This document shows positions 41,332-50,851 of a DNA stretch of 59,854 bases, one piece after another. The position numbers were made by a program, and so were the translations under genes. The notes beneath the pieces are model-generated. The model saw nothing but the letters and a program-made list of their open reading frames with translations, was not told the DNA's origin and did no database searches. Source of the DNA: a virus. Its lineage: Duplodnaviria; Caudoviricetes. Every line of letters begins with the position of its first letter. Position 1 is the first letter of the stretch. The stretch lies in IMG/VR virus record IMGVR_UViG_3300020235_000181, positions 1 through 59,854 of that record, one strand, 5' to 3'.

Positions 41332-41430
41332 TTATCCTGAAGGACAGGCACTCCATCCACAGTCTTGACAAGTATGACAACCACATTGATTGATAACCAT
41401 TCCACCGTCTGAGCAATTTGGACAATTCAT
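41332..41430 (-). CDS. Zn-ribbon microprotein, 32 aa
   Basis: MNCPNCSDGGMVINQCGCHTCQDCGWSACPSG. Confidence 0.55.
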   Translation of the reverse strand: MNCPNCSDGGMVINQCGCHTCQDCGWSACPSG

Positions 41431-41478
41431 AATATAGATATTGTGCTGTGGGATAATATAAAGATTCAGATTTATAAA

Positions 41479-41553
41479 GGGGTGTAGGGAAGTCCGTGCA
41501 ACATTCCCTACTCCATAATTAGGTATGATCCCGCACTAGGCGATGCACACACC
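41479..41553 (-). ncRNA. Candidate structured small RNA
   Basis: 8-bp hairpin GTAGGGAA/TTCCCTAC, hairpins GCA/TGC and CATA/TATG, possible GTGCA/TGCAC pseudoknot; TATA about 30 nt upstream. Confidence 0.45.
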
Positions 41554-41588
41554 AAATAGTTTATATATGATACCACTATATAATAGTT

Positions 41589-41714
41589 ATGTCTCAACAG
41601 ACAGAGTTGTGTCCTATCTGTGATACTATTATGACAGATATACAAGCTTGTCATTTGAAATGTTTGAATTGTGGAGCACAGTTGGATTGTAGTGATAAAG
41701 GATCTTATTGGTAG
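41589..41714 (+). CDS. CPxC Zn-finger microprotein, 41 aa
   Basis: MSQQTELCPICDTIMTDIQACHLKCLNCGAQLDCSDKGSYW with TTTATATA 29 nt upstream. Confidence 0.65.
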   Translation: MSQQTELCPICDTIMTDIQACHLKCLNCGAQLDCSDKGSYW

Positions 41715-41726
41715 GATCTATTTCAT

Positions 41727-43202
41727 TTATGATAATAGCTGTCTTATAGCATCAAGAATATCTACAGATTCTTGTGCTTCTGCTAGCTGTGTTTCAAGAT
41801 TGCTCACCCTAACGTCAGCAACATCTAACTGTGTTTGTAATACATCACGTTCATTAGTCATATTCTGTAAGTCTACTAATCCATCCTCAACCTCTTGTTC
41901 AAAACTTTCAACTTGTAGTAATAGTACATTTATCTCATTAAGCATATCAAGTATGATTTGAATAATATTACTTACTGGTGGATCATCTACTACTATAGTT
42001 ACACACACACCATCTACTAATTCAGTTCCAGTTCCACATATTACTGGATCTGGTATTGGTTCTGTAACTATTGGATCTATTGGTGTATCGTTAATAGGTA
42101 AATCTTCATCTATATCAATAACTATAGGATCTGGTATAACTATAATCTCTTCACAAATCCCACCAACTAATTCAAATCCATCATCACAAATAATTGGATC
42201 TGGTATTGGTTCAGGAATTATTATAATCTCTTCACAAACATCATTAATTAATTCAAAACCTTCATCACAGATAATAGGATCTGGTATTGGTTCTGGTTCA
42301 GGAATAAATACTGATTCTGTATCTGCACATACTTGCACTACTTGATCATCATGTAAATTAAATTTTGCAGTTACCTCAAAACAATGTGTTAATGGCTCTA
42401 CTGGTGTAAATTGATGTGTATGAATATAACCTCCACCCTGTGTATTACTATTTGTATTATCAAAATCAAGTGCTCCACATTGACCTTGTGCAATAGGACA
42501 CTCTTTTTCTAATGGTTGCCAATCTTCTATAATGCTACCATCTGTTGAATTTAATACAATATATCTTACTCCAAATGGAAGTCTAAAGTCTGGATCTCTA
42601 TCTACTTCCCAACTAACTGTAAATTGTAAACCATCAACTTCTACTGATATTCTTGGTGGAGTTGGAATATCTGAACTTATAATTGTAACTGATGATCTAT
42701 CAGATGCACAAAATCTTGTACCGTTAGCTGCGTCTCCACATAAATTTGCCTCATTAAATATATGACCTACTTCTGTTGCAGTTGTAAGATAGTGATAGCC
42801 TCCTACTGCTGGGAATCTTTCACCCGGCAATAAGTCTGGTATTTTACAAATAATATCAATTCCATCTATAGAACAATCTCCAACAGTTCTGATATTACTT
42901 GCTCCTTGTACAACACCTTGTCTAAAATCAGTTTCTTTATCATCAAGAAATGTATGTACTTCTATGTTAGTTATAGGCTCTGTTCCAGTATTCTGAATCC
43001 CATGAACATAATCTATAGTTCCATTTACAAACATACTACCCGAAGCAATACCATCACCTGCTGAATTTACAATGTAAAATCTAAATCCATCACCTAGTGG
43101 TACATTATTTGGTACTTGGATTGCACCATCATGTGAGCCATAAACAGATACTGGTATTATTAATAATAAGAAGAATATTGGTAGTAATTTTATTATTGTC
43201 AT
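41727..43202 (-). CDS. Secreted/surface protein with Ig-like domains, Cys/Pro repeats and C-terminal coiled coil
   Basis: Signal peptide; DUF11-like 'IDY...IQNTG...TNI.V'; FN3-like segment; three 'IC..G(F/T)EL(I/V).(D/G).C' repeats with PEPIPDP linkers. Confidence 0.7.
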   Translation of the reverse strand: MTIIKLLPIFFLLLIIPVSVYGSHDGAIQVPNNVPLGDGFRFYIVNSAGDGIASGSMFVNGTIDYVHGIQNTGTEPITNIEVHTFLDDKETDFRQGVVQGASNIRTVGDCSIDGIDIICKIPDLLPGERFPAVGGYHYLTTATEVGHIFNEANLCGDAANGTRFCASDRSSVTIISSDIPTPPRISVEVDGLQFTVSWEVDRDPDFRLPFGVRYIVLNSTDGSIIEDWQPLEKECPIAQGQCGALDFDNTNSNTQGGGYIHTHQFTPVEPLTHCFEVTAKFNLHDDQVVQVCADTESVFIPEPEPIPDPIICDEGFELINDVCEEIIIIPEPIPDPIICDDGFELVGGICEEIIVIPDPIVIDIDEDLPINDTPIDPIVTEPIPDPVICGTGTELVDGVCVTIVVDDPPVSNIIQIILDMLNEINVLLLQVESFEQEVEDGLVDLQNMTNERDVLQTQLDVADVRVSNLETQLAEAQESVDILDAIRQLLS

Positions 43203-43250
43203 ATTATTATTTAAATAACATTACTTATATATAAAGGTGGTTAATAATGG

Positions 43251-43493
43251 TCAATCTAGCTTCCTTTTCTTTCTATATTCATTCATTACAAGTTTGTCTA
43301 TTGTTTGCTTGCTTGTTTCGTGTATGACCATATCAAAAGCTTGTCCCGCAATACGCTTGCTACTATCCTTTGCCTGTTGGGAATAATCACCCTGATCAAT
43401 TACACCTACCATGTTGTTTATGTTCTGCATAGACCTTACTATAATTTCTATATTGCTTGGCTCAGGTCGAGTATATTTTGGTGCTTCTTCCAT
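43251..43493 (-). CDS. Hypothetical protein
   Basis: ATG 43493 lies 29 nt from a CTTATATT box that sits inside an inverted repeat. Confidence 0.55.
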   Translation of the reverse strand: MEEAPKYTRPEPSNIEIIVRSMQNINNMVGVIDQGDYSQQAKDSSKRIAGQAFDMVIHETSKQTIDKLVMNEYRKKRKLD

Positions 43494-43494
43494 G

Positions 43495-43539
43495 TGTAAA
43501 CTATCACTACACATAATATAAGTGTAGTGATAGTTTACA
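43495..43539. promoter_or_regulatory. Perfect 18-bp inverted repeat with a TATA box in the loop
   Basis: TGTAAACTATCACTACAC ataatataa GTGTAGTGATAGTTTACA. Confidence 0.85.
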
Positions 43540-44547
43540 ATGGTAAAACACGTTAAGAACTGTTAAATTCTCCAACGCACATGAATAGTCTAACTCTGAC
43601 TCCCTCACGACTACTCTTCATAGGTGTCCTTTAAAAAGTTATCACTTTTACAGTTCCAACAGACCTTTCCCAGTCTTATAAATGGTACTGCACCATCACT
43701 CAAACAAGATAAATGGGCACAATTTGGATTCATACATATTTTATCCATAACTAACAATATATTGGTATTAATATTAATCTTTCTGCCAATCTGTCTCTGC
43801 CTTTAACATTACTTCTAATTTTTGCCTGAGTGTTACATCCCCCTCAGTCATAGGCTTGTCGCCAAAGTGTTCAGAGAACACACTAAGCATACGCCTCAAA
43901 TCATCTATATCCATTCCAACATAAGACATGATCATTGTTTTAAATTGTAATATTTAAGGATTAATCTTTAAAATACTCGTCAAAAGATTTATTATCGTCT
44001 TTAATTTTTTCTTCTTCTGTTAGTAAATCTTTAAATGATAATTCTGATTTCTCTTCCTGTGTGTCAATGGCTATACTACCAGTTATTTTTGGTTCTACCC
44101 ATGTACCTCTATGCTTACCAATTACTTCATTCTGTTTACCATCAATAATTAACTGTATTGCATTTGCATTTAGTGTAAGATCAGGACATATACGCAACAG
44201 TCGTGCTAGTCCTTTTTCCAAACTGGTTACTTGTGTCATATATATAAAATATATTACTATTATTTAACCTTTTTTGTTCCTATACAGTTCCATCCATATC
44301 CACAGTGATTACAACTAATTACTAGGCTTATTAAATGTATTGGTTCTTCATCCCATTCTTTCTTATCAATCTGCACCCGATTTTGACCGCATTGTGGACA
44401 GTAATGAGTCATTAAAATACAGCTCCACAAGATTTACAGGTGGAGTGTCCACTTTGATCTTTACCAAATTTACTATATTTATAATCCCAACCATCTTTGG
44501 CTTTACACTTTGGACATGGATCTATTGGTGTAGGAAATGCTGGTGGA

Positions 44548-44901
44548 TCACCTAATTTCATTTAATAGTTCCCCTATCCTTTGTTCAAGTCGTTTGTTTT
44601 CTTTTTCTAATTTCATGGCTTCCTGTGTCCACATTTCAGAATCATTTATAAAATAATTTAATTCTTTTTTATATTTTTGTGCATCCTTAGTCCACAGGTC
44701 ACAGCTTGCAGTAATCTCTTTTAGTTCCTCTTTGAGATTCTTAATTTCAGAATCCCTAACTATGATTGAAGCATTATTTACTCTAATAGTCTCTTTAAGT
44801 TCTTTAATTACTGCCTCATAATTAACAATCATGTGATGATGTGATCTTAACTGTCTAATCTCACACTCTAATTTATAATAATCACTTACTGCGTTTACCA
44901 A
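44548..44901 (-). CDS. Coiled-coil protein
   Basis: Heptad-rich with an internal 'WT..A.K..KE' duplication. Confidence 0.55.
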   Translation of the reverse strand: MVNAVSDYYKLECEIRQLRSHHHMIVNYEAVIKELKETIRVNNASIIVRDSEIKNLKEELKEITASCDLWTKDAQKYKKELNYFINDSEMWTQEAMKLEKENKRLEQRIGELLNEIR

Positions 44902-45373
44902 TCTTCACTTTCCTCGCATGGTTTATGTTTATTCCATTTAGGGGGCATTATAAAATCTGGTTCTCCATCTTCTGTCTTTAGATTAATAGATTTAATTTTC
45001 TGATCAATAGCTCCCCCGTTTCTTGCAAACCATAGCCTTGTAGCTTCTGTAAGCTGATTAAGTTCACATTTTGTTAAGTTCATTGTATATACCCTAAAAC
45101 CCATAAAAGCAAATATCCAAATGTGGCTATGTTAACTATTCCTAAAAGTCTTACAATGTTATCTCTAAGTGGTTTGTCAATTTTGGCAATATATCTTTTT
45201 ACATGATAATTTGGGAAGAATATTCTTACAAATCCACAAACAAGCCCAAGGGATGATCCAAGAAACAATAAAGCATAAATTAATTCATTTTCAATCATGT
45301 AATCTGATACTAACACCTAAATATAAAGGTATATCATGTTAAACTTAAATATAGTAGAGTTTTAGGTAATATT

Positions 45374-45604
45374 ATGGTTTCAGCAGATGAATTTTACAGG
45401 CAGGCTAATAAAAACTTTGAAATTCTGTTTGGAAAGATAGATAATCTTCAAAAAGACTTTAATAAATTGAAATCAGCCTATAATTCACATATTGCTGTCG
45501 AGGAAGCACTTGAAAAGAGTAAAAACTTGTCAATGAGACAAAAACTCGCAATAACTTTTGGTATTGTACCTATTGCTATTGCTGTTTATGCTTTTTTTTC
45601 TTAA
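45374..45604 (+). CDS. Coiled coil plus C-terminal TM protein (possible lysis protein)
   Basis: Late-type CTTAAATA 30 nt upstream, isolated on the + strand, single C-terminal hydrophobic helix. Confidence 0.45.
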   Translation: MVSADEFYRQANKNFEILFGKIDNLQKDFNKLKSAYNSHIAVEEALEKSKNLSMRQKLAITFGIVPIAIAVYAFFS

Positions 45605-45836
45605 TTCTAGCTATTATTGTTGTAATTGCAATTAAAATTGTTGGGATCTCCAATAAATCTATTCCAAAAAGAATAAAGTCAGCTATAGGGTTGATATGGG
45701 ACACATAACCGCTTGCCATATACAAATCTCCGTTCCATATCATGTGTGGAATCTGTGCAACCTGAATAATAGCCATAATAATTATCCAAGTAGTAGTTTT
45801 TCGTTCCCACCATGTTAAAAATCTATTTAACATCAA
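45576..45836 (-). CDS. Small membrane protein
   Basis: Hydrophobic helices with 'QIPHMIW' and 'GIDLLEIP'. Confidence 0.55.
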   Translation of the reverse strand: MMLNRFLTWWERKTTTWIIIMAIIQVAQIPHMIWNGDLYMASGYVSHINPIADFILFGIDLLEIPTILIAITTIIARIKKKKHKQQ

Positions 45837-46239
45837 GATATTCTGCTTCCCATAACATAATACGAATTATGTTGTGTTCTTCTCGTTCATCAATTCTAGT
45901 CATATCACTTTCAAGTAATTCACCAAGATTTAACTCTTCGTATTCCCATTCTAAACATTGGAATATAGATGCGTGTAAACATTCATGTTCAGTTGTACTA
46001 TAAATGTCCTCTATAACTTGATGTCTTTCTAAAAATGTATGACTTTTTTTGGAGTCTGCATAATAAACCCCTCTAAGAATTTCCCCTGATTGATTATTCA
46101 TAGAAAATGTATGATAGCTTGGATAATCAATATCTGCCTCATAAAAATAACCATCGGTTTCCATTATTTTCTTCGGGACAGTGCTTTGTGCCCTACGCCT
46201 AGCATTGGCTAAACCTAAAGCCCTATTCTTAACTGTCAT
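45823..46239 (-). CDS. HExxH-containing protein
   Basis: 'HECLH' followed by a later 'EEH'. Confidence 0.45.
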   Translation of the reverse strand: MTVKNRALGLANARRRAQSTVPKKIMETDGYFYEADIDYPSYHTFSMNNQSGEILRGVYYADSKKSHTFLERHQVIEDIYSTTEHECLHASIFQCLEWEYEELNLGELLESDMTRIDEREEHNIIRIMLWEAEYLDVK

Positions 46240-46276
46240 ACTTATTAATAACCAAGGGATAATTTAAACTTTGTAC

Positions 46277-46444
46277 TATGTATATACATGATCATAGTGA
46301 GTAGTAAAGACTTATATATGACTAAACACATTCAAACGATATAATATAGAGCTTTGTCTATATATTTTTTTTAATATGAGTATGTTTTGTATTTTATATG
46401 ATCATACTCATAGTTTTAGTAAAATATGATCATGTATATACATA
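46277..46444. repeat. Perfect 20-bp inverted repeat pair at the strand switch
   Basis: TATGTATATACATGATCATA (46277-46296) and TATGATCATGTATATACATA (46425-46444). Confidence 0.88.
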
Positions 46445-46475
46445 CTGTTATATTATAGTAAAGTTATCAATAATC

Positions 46476-46883
46476 ATGGTACAAATAAATCCCAAAATAA
46501 GGAATCAACTAAAAATATTACATCAGCAAGTAACAGCGAAGCAAGCTGATGAAGCATCAGCAATTATAGTTGACCTACCATTAAAAAGAATGAAGCACCA
46601 TGACATTAACAGGTGTTTTTGTGTGGTTGGTAGTGCTTATACAACACTTGTTCATAAACAACAGGTTATAGTTAAAATAATTAAAGAAGCTCAAGATGAA
46701 CTTACCTATGTGTTTCAAAATATAGACAAATACAACAAACTTGAACTTGTAAATAAAATAAAGTCCATAGTGGTTGAAGAAAACGAAGAACCAACAGATG
46801 TAAAAGAGGTAGTTAAAAAATTAGATAATATTACAGAAAATGTTCCTGTTTATCCCCCTGATTCAAACCACCCAAAGGCTTGA
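46476..46883 (+). CDS. Hypothetical protein
   Basis: ATG 46476 lies 29 nt from GTTATATT. Confidence 0.5.
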   Translation: MVQINPKIRNQLKILHQQVTAKQADEASAIIVDLPLKRMKHHDINRCFCVVGSAYTTLVHKQQVIVKIIKEAQDELTYVFQNIDKYNKLELVNKIKSIVVEENEEPTDVKEVVKKLDNITENVPVYPPDSNHPKA

Positions 46884-47308
46884 TGTCTTTTAATTTTCTT
46901 TTCCTTTCAGGGAAAGGGATTTTTGTACCTTTTTTAGCAATATAATATCTTCCCTTTGTGTTTCGTTTACCATGATATAGACCTATTGCGAGGTTGTAAT
47001 CACATTCAAACTTGTCAACGATTTCTTCTGTATCAATGTCAATCGTATAAACTTCAGCTGTTGCCATACCTTTTTATAATGGTGGATCTATTTAAGGTTA
47101 TGGAATTTGAACACAAGTTGGTTGTAGCAGGGGGCTTGCTTGTTTTAAGCGGATTGTTTATATTTTATATGTTAGAAGATTCTACATTTGATTTGGTTAC
47201 AGGTTTAATAATATCCCAATCAGTAGGTGGAATGACGGGAGCTGGTATTGCTATATTTATTGTAGGTGTCATATTCTCATACAAATGGAGAAAAAGGTGG
47301 AATGATGA

Positions 47309-48340
47309 ATGGAGATAACTAAGTTAAAAGGTATTGGTAGTGTTATTGCAGAAAAATTCAAAAAGAATGGAATTACTACGGTAGAACAGTTATTTGTAAT
47401 CCCACCACCAAAGGTAGCAGAAATGCTAGGCATTGACAACCCTAGTGCTATGGATCTGTTTAGAAAAGCAAGAGCAGTTTTTAATGACACACCAATGTTT
47501 CAGTCAGGACTTGATAGTAAAAAAGAAGATGAAAATATAGAAAAGATTTCAACTGGTACTAATGCACTAGACAAGTTATTTACTGGTGGCATAGAGTGTG
47601 GTGCTACAACTGAGATTTATGGGGAGTTCGGTTGTGGTAAGACACAGTTCTGTCATACAATGGCTGTAAGAGTACAGTTACCAAAGGAAGAGGGTGGACT
47701 TGATGGTAAATGTGTTTGGATAGATAGTGAGGGAACTTTTGAACCAACAAGAATAGAAGATATTGCCAAACCATTATCAATAACAGGGGAAAAAGCATTA
47801 GAGGGAATTATTCATGCAAAGGCATATAATTCAGCAGATCAGTACATGATACTTCAAGAGGTAGAACATTTAGTTGAAAATGACAAGAAGATAAAACTCA
47901 TAGTTATTGATTCTGCTATAGGATTATTCAGACAGGATTATTCTGGTAGAGCTATGTTGAGTGAACGACAAAAATATTTAGATGAGTTTTTAACTGTGGC
48001 AAGTAACATGGCTAATTTTCACGAAATAGCAATTATTTGGACAAATCAAGTTATGATAGATCCATCAAAGTTTTATGGTGATCCTGTTACAGCAGTAGGT
48101 GGAACTATATTAGCACACAAGTCAACCTATCGTGTGTATTTCAAGAAATCAGGAATTTATAGAATGGGAATAATGAAGGACAGTCCTAAACACGGTGTTA
48201 TTGAAGTAATGTTTGGTCTTAGTATTGACGGTGTGGTAGATAGGGAAGTTGCAGAGGAACTTGAAAAGAAAAGAAAGGCAGACAAAGTAAAGGCAAAGAA
48301 AGCGGAAACGATAGATGTTAGTACAGACGTTGTAGAGTAA
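47309..48340 (+). CDS. radA: Archaeal-type recombinase RadA
   Basis: N-terminal HhH 'LKGIG', 'ISTG...LD.L..GGIE', Walker A 'GEFGCGKTQ', 'IDSEGTF.P.RI', 'LIVIDS', 'TNQV' and 'DSP'. Confidence 0.95.
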   Translation: MEITKLKGIGSVIAEKFKKNGITTVEQLFVIPPPKVAEMLGIDNPSAMDLFRKARAVFNDTPMFQSGLDSKKEDENIEKISTGTNALDKLFTGGIECGATTEIYGEFGCGKTQFCHTMAVRVQLPKEEGGLDGKCVWIDSEGTFEPTRIEDIAKPLSITGEKALEGIIHAKAYNSADQYMILQEVEHLVENDKKIKLIVIDSAIGLFRQDYSGRAMLSERQKYLDEFLTVASNMANFHEIAIIWTNQVMIDPSKFYGDPVTAVGGTILAHKSTYRVYFKKSGIYRMGIMKDSPKHGVIEVMFGLSIDGVVDREVAEELEKKRKADKVKAKKAETIDVSTDVVE

Positions 48341-48386
48341 ACCTTTAAAAGCAACCTATATATAAGGCATAAACGCTTAAATAGCT

Positions 48387-48497
48387 ATGTTAGACCTGAA
48401 ATGCGAAGATTGTAAGTGTTCTTTGACTAAAACACCATACTTATATGATGGAAGTCCGGTGTTTGAGTGCCCAAAGTGTGAAGAGGAATATATTTAA
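48387..48497 (+). CDS. Zn-ribbon microprotein, 36 aa
   Basis: MLDLKCEDC...FECPKCEEEYI. Confidence 0.5.
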   Translation: MLDLKCEDCKCSLTKTPYLYDGSPVFECPKCEEEYI

Positions 48498-48522
48498 ATA
48501 CCATAACACGTTTGAGTAAGTT

Positions 48523-50475
48523 ATGGGATTCTTTGGCAGAATAAGGGAAACTTTAAACCCAAATAACTATAAAGTGGTAGAAAAGGGGGAATACGATAGA
48601 GTAACCCAAGAACACTACGAAGTTTTAAAGGAGTATAACGATAGTTATCTTCATGCCAATTCAAGAGCAAGCACACCATATCCATTTATGGACACGCCTG
48701 ATGGCAGTAAGATTCCAATGTGGAGAGTTGCACCTAACAGGATTTATGAACTTGCTGAGTATGTAGGTGATTTGAGGGCAGTTTTAGAGACAATTCAAAG
48801 GGAGATGTTTAGGAACGGAATAGAGGTAGTTCCAAGATATGAACACAAGTGTCTTGTATGCCTAAAAGAATATGAACAAGAGCCACTTAAAGAATTTGTA
48901 CCACTTAAAGAACTAAGTTCTAGTAAAAAGAAATTAAAATGTACTTCTTGTGGGAATGAGAATGACAGGAAATGGGCAAGACCAGATCCAAAACACAGGC
49001 AGATTTTACAAACACTGTTGGAAAAACGAGTTAATAACAACCAGCAATCACTAAAACTTGTAGCTAGACAGGCTGAAAGAGATTTAGATACTATTGATGG
49101 ATTTTATATATTGGTGTCAAGAAAATGGAAGCTTGAAAAACTTAGAGTACCTGATCCACTTACAGGTGCTACTAAAAGAGCTGTGATGAGTATAGACGAA
49201 AGTGTAATTGATGAGATTATTAGAATACACCCAATTCAATGTAGTATCATAGCAAGTGATGAGGCAGTTTTGGGAGTTGGAGCTGATGGTAAGCCTCGAT
49301 ATATATGTCCACAATATGAACATAGAGATACAGTATTAGAAATACCAGTATGTCCTAAGTGTGGTACTGAGGCATTTAACGCTTTCTTAGAGACTAACAG
49401 CGTACCTTATGGTGTGCCTTTATCTAGTCCTAAAAAGATGTACTACTCTCAAAAAGAAATCCTATGGTGTCCCGGAAAATTCATGCCCGATGTACTTTAT
49501 GGTAACAGTCCTATTCAGTCAGTATGGAAGAAAGTAATGTCCTTAATGTTCCAAGACGAATATATGTGGAAATACTTTGACAAGGACAGACCACCTAAAT
49601 CATTGTTAATTATGGGAAGTAGAAACAGCGAGTCAGTACAGTCATTCATGGAGAAACAAAGACAGGGTGCTAGGCAAGATCCATATATGCCAAGACCAAT
49701 TCTATTAAATACTGAGAACGTAGGTCAGGCTGTACAGTTTATTGATCTTACTCCAAACTTTAAGGAATTAGAACTAAACGAACTAAGAAAGGAACTAAGA
49801 CAAATCATCTCAACTGTCTTTGGTGTTCAGCCACTATTCTATGGTGAACAGGCTAAAGCGGGATTAGGAAATGAGGCTTTACAGGTAACACTTACAAACA
49901 GAACAATCAAATGGTTTCAACGATTCTTAAACGAGAACTTCTTTGACGAACTTACTGATATATTGGAAATATATGATTGGAAGATTGAACTTGTAACAAG
50001 TGAAGAAATAGACGAACTTAGAGATGAACAGGTTAGAGGACAAAAGATAGACAACGCTGTTAAACTATACGGTATGGGTTTTGAAATTGCTATGGATGGT
50101 GAAAATGAGATAGTAATATCACAGCATCCAAATCCTGAAAAACAGGAATTAATGCTAGGCGGTGGGGATAATCCAAACAACAGTAATGATCCTAATAAGA
50201 GTAAATCAAGTAAACCAAATAGTGAAGATAAATCAAACTTTGATGGAGAGCCTAAACTAGCAAAGCCTAGCGATGTAGGTGGTAAAGGGGAAGGAGATCC
50301 AACAGGTACAGGTGGAAAGCAGATGTTAAGTAACAAGTCTATGAGTAAAGGAGATTGGGATATATTCTTGAAATCAATAGAAAAACAAATACCAACTAAA
50401 AAAACATACACCATTAAAAAGAAAGGTAAACCGGATGTAAAGATAGAGGTAGATGAAAATGAAGATACCTCTTAA
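48523..50475 (+). CDS. Portal protein with Zn-finger insertions
   Basis: 'YGNSPI', 'YF.K..PP', 'I...FGV.P...G' and 'TI......LN' HK97-type portal pattern; late promoter. Confidence 0.8.
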   Translation: MGFFGRIRETLNPNNYKVVEKGEYDRVTQEHYEVLKEYNDSYLHANSRASTPYPFMDTPDGSKIPMWRVAPNRIYELAEYVGDLRAVLETIQREMFRNGIEVVPRYEHKCLVCLKEYEQEPLKEFVPLKELSSSKKKLKCTSCGNENDRKWARPDPKHRQILQTLLEKRVNNNQQSLKLVARQAERDLDTIDGFYILVSRKWKLEKLRVPDPLTGATKRAVMSIDESVIDEIIRIHPIQCSIIASDEAVLGVGADGKPRYICPQYEHRDTVLEIPVCPKCGTEAFNAFLETNSVPYGVPLSSPKKMYYSQKEILWCPGKFMPDVLYGNSPIQSVWKKVMSLMFQDEYMWKYFDKDRPPKSLLIMGSRNSESVQSFMEKQRQGARQDPYMPRPILLNTENVGQAVQFIDLTPNFKELELNELRKELRQIISTVFGVQPLFYGEQAKAGLGNEALQVTLTNRTIKWFQRFLNENFFDELTDILEIYDWKIELVTSEEIDELRDEQVRGQKIDNAVKLYGMGFEIAMDGENEIVISQHPNPEKQELMLGGGDNPNNSNDPNKSKSSKPNSEDKSNFDGEPKLAKPSDVGGKGEGDPTGTGGKQMLSNKSMSKGDWDIFLKSIEKQIPTKKTYTIKKKGKPDVKIEVDENEDTS

Positions 50476-50809
50476 AATTGAAAAGATCAGTGATGATATT
50501 GATCTGTATGAAGATGTTGCAAAGGTTATAAAATATAGAGTATCTAATCCAAATCGTCATATAGTCAAAAATATTGATGTTACAGCACGAACTGTAAAGG
50601 AAAATGGGGATAAAACAAAGACTAATTTTTGCAAGAAAATCACGGGAATCCGAACGCAATTACTACCTAATGAGGACTGTGAGATAAGTTGCCACATAAG
50701 ACTTAATAAGGAGTTCACAGAAACAATCGAAATTGATGGTAAAAATGAGTTATCTGCTATTGATTTGGATATTAAGATTTCAGGCACATTATATATCGCT
50801 AGAACCTAA
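50453..50809 (+). CDS. Ig-like hypothetical protein
   Basis: 'YRVSNPN...I.V...LLPNE' pattern. Confidence 0.4.
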   Translation: MKMKIPLKIEKISDDIDLYEDVAKVIKYRVSNPNRHIVKNIDVTARTVKENGDKTKTNFCKKITGIRTQLLPNEDCEISCHIRLNKEFTETIEIDGKNELSAIDLDIKISGTLYIART

Positions 50810-50851
50810 ATACACACAATGTTTAAATACTAAAGAGTAAATTATTATATC

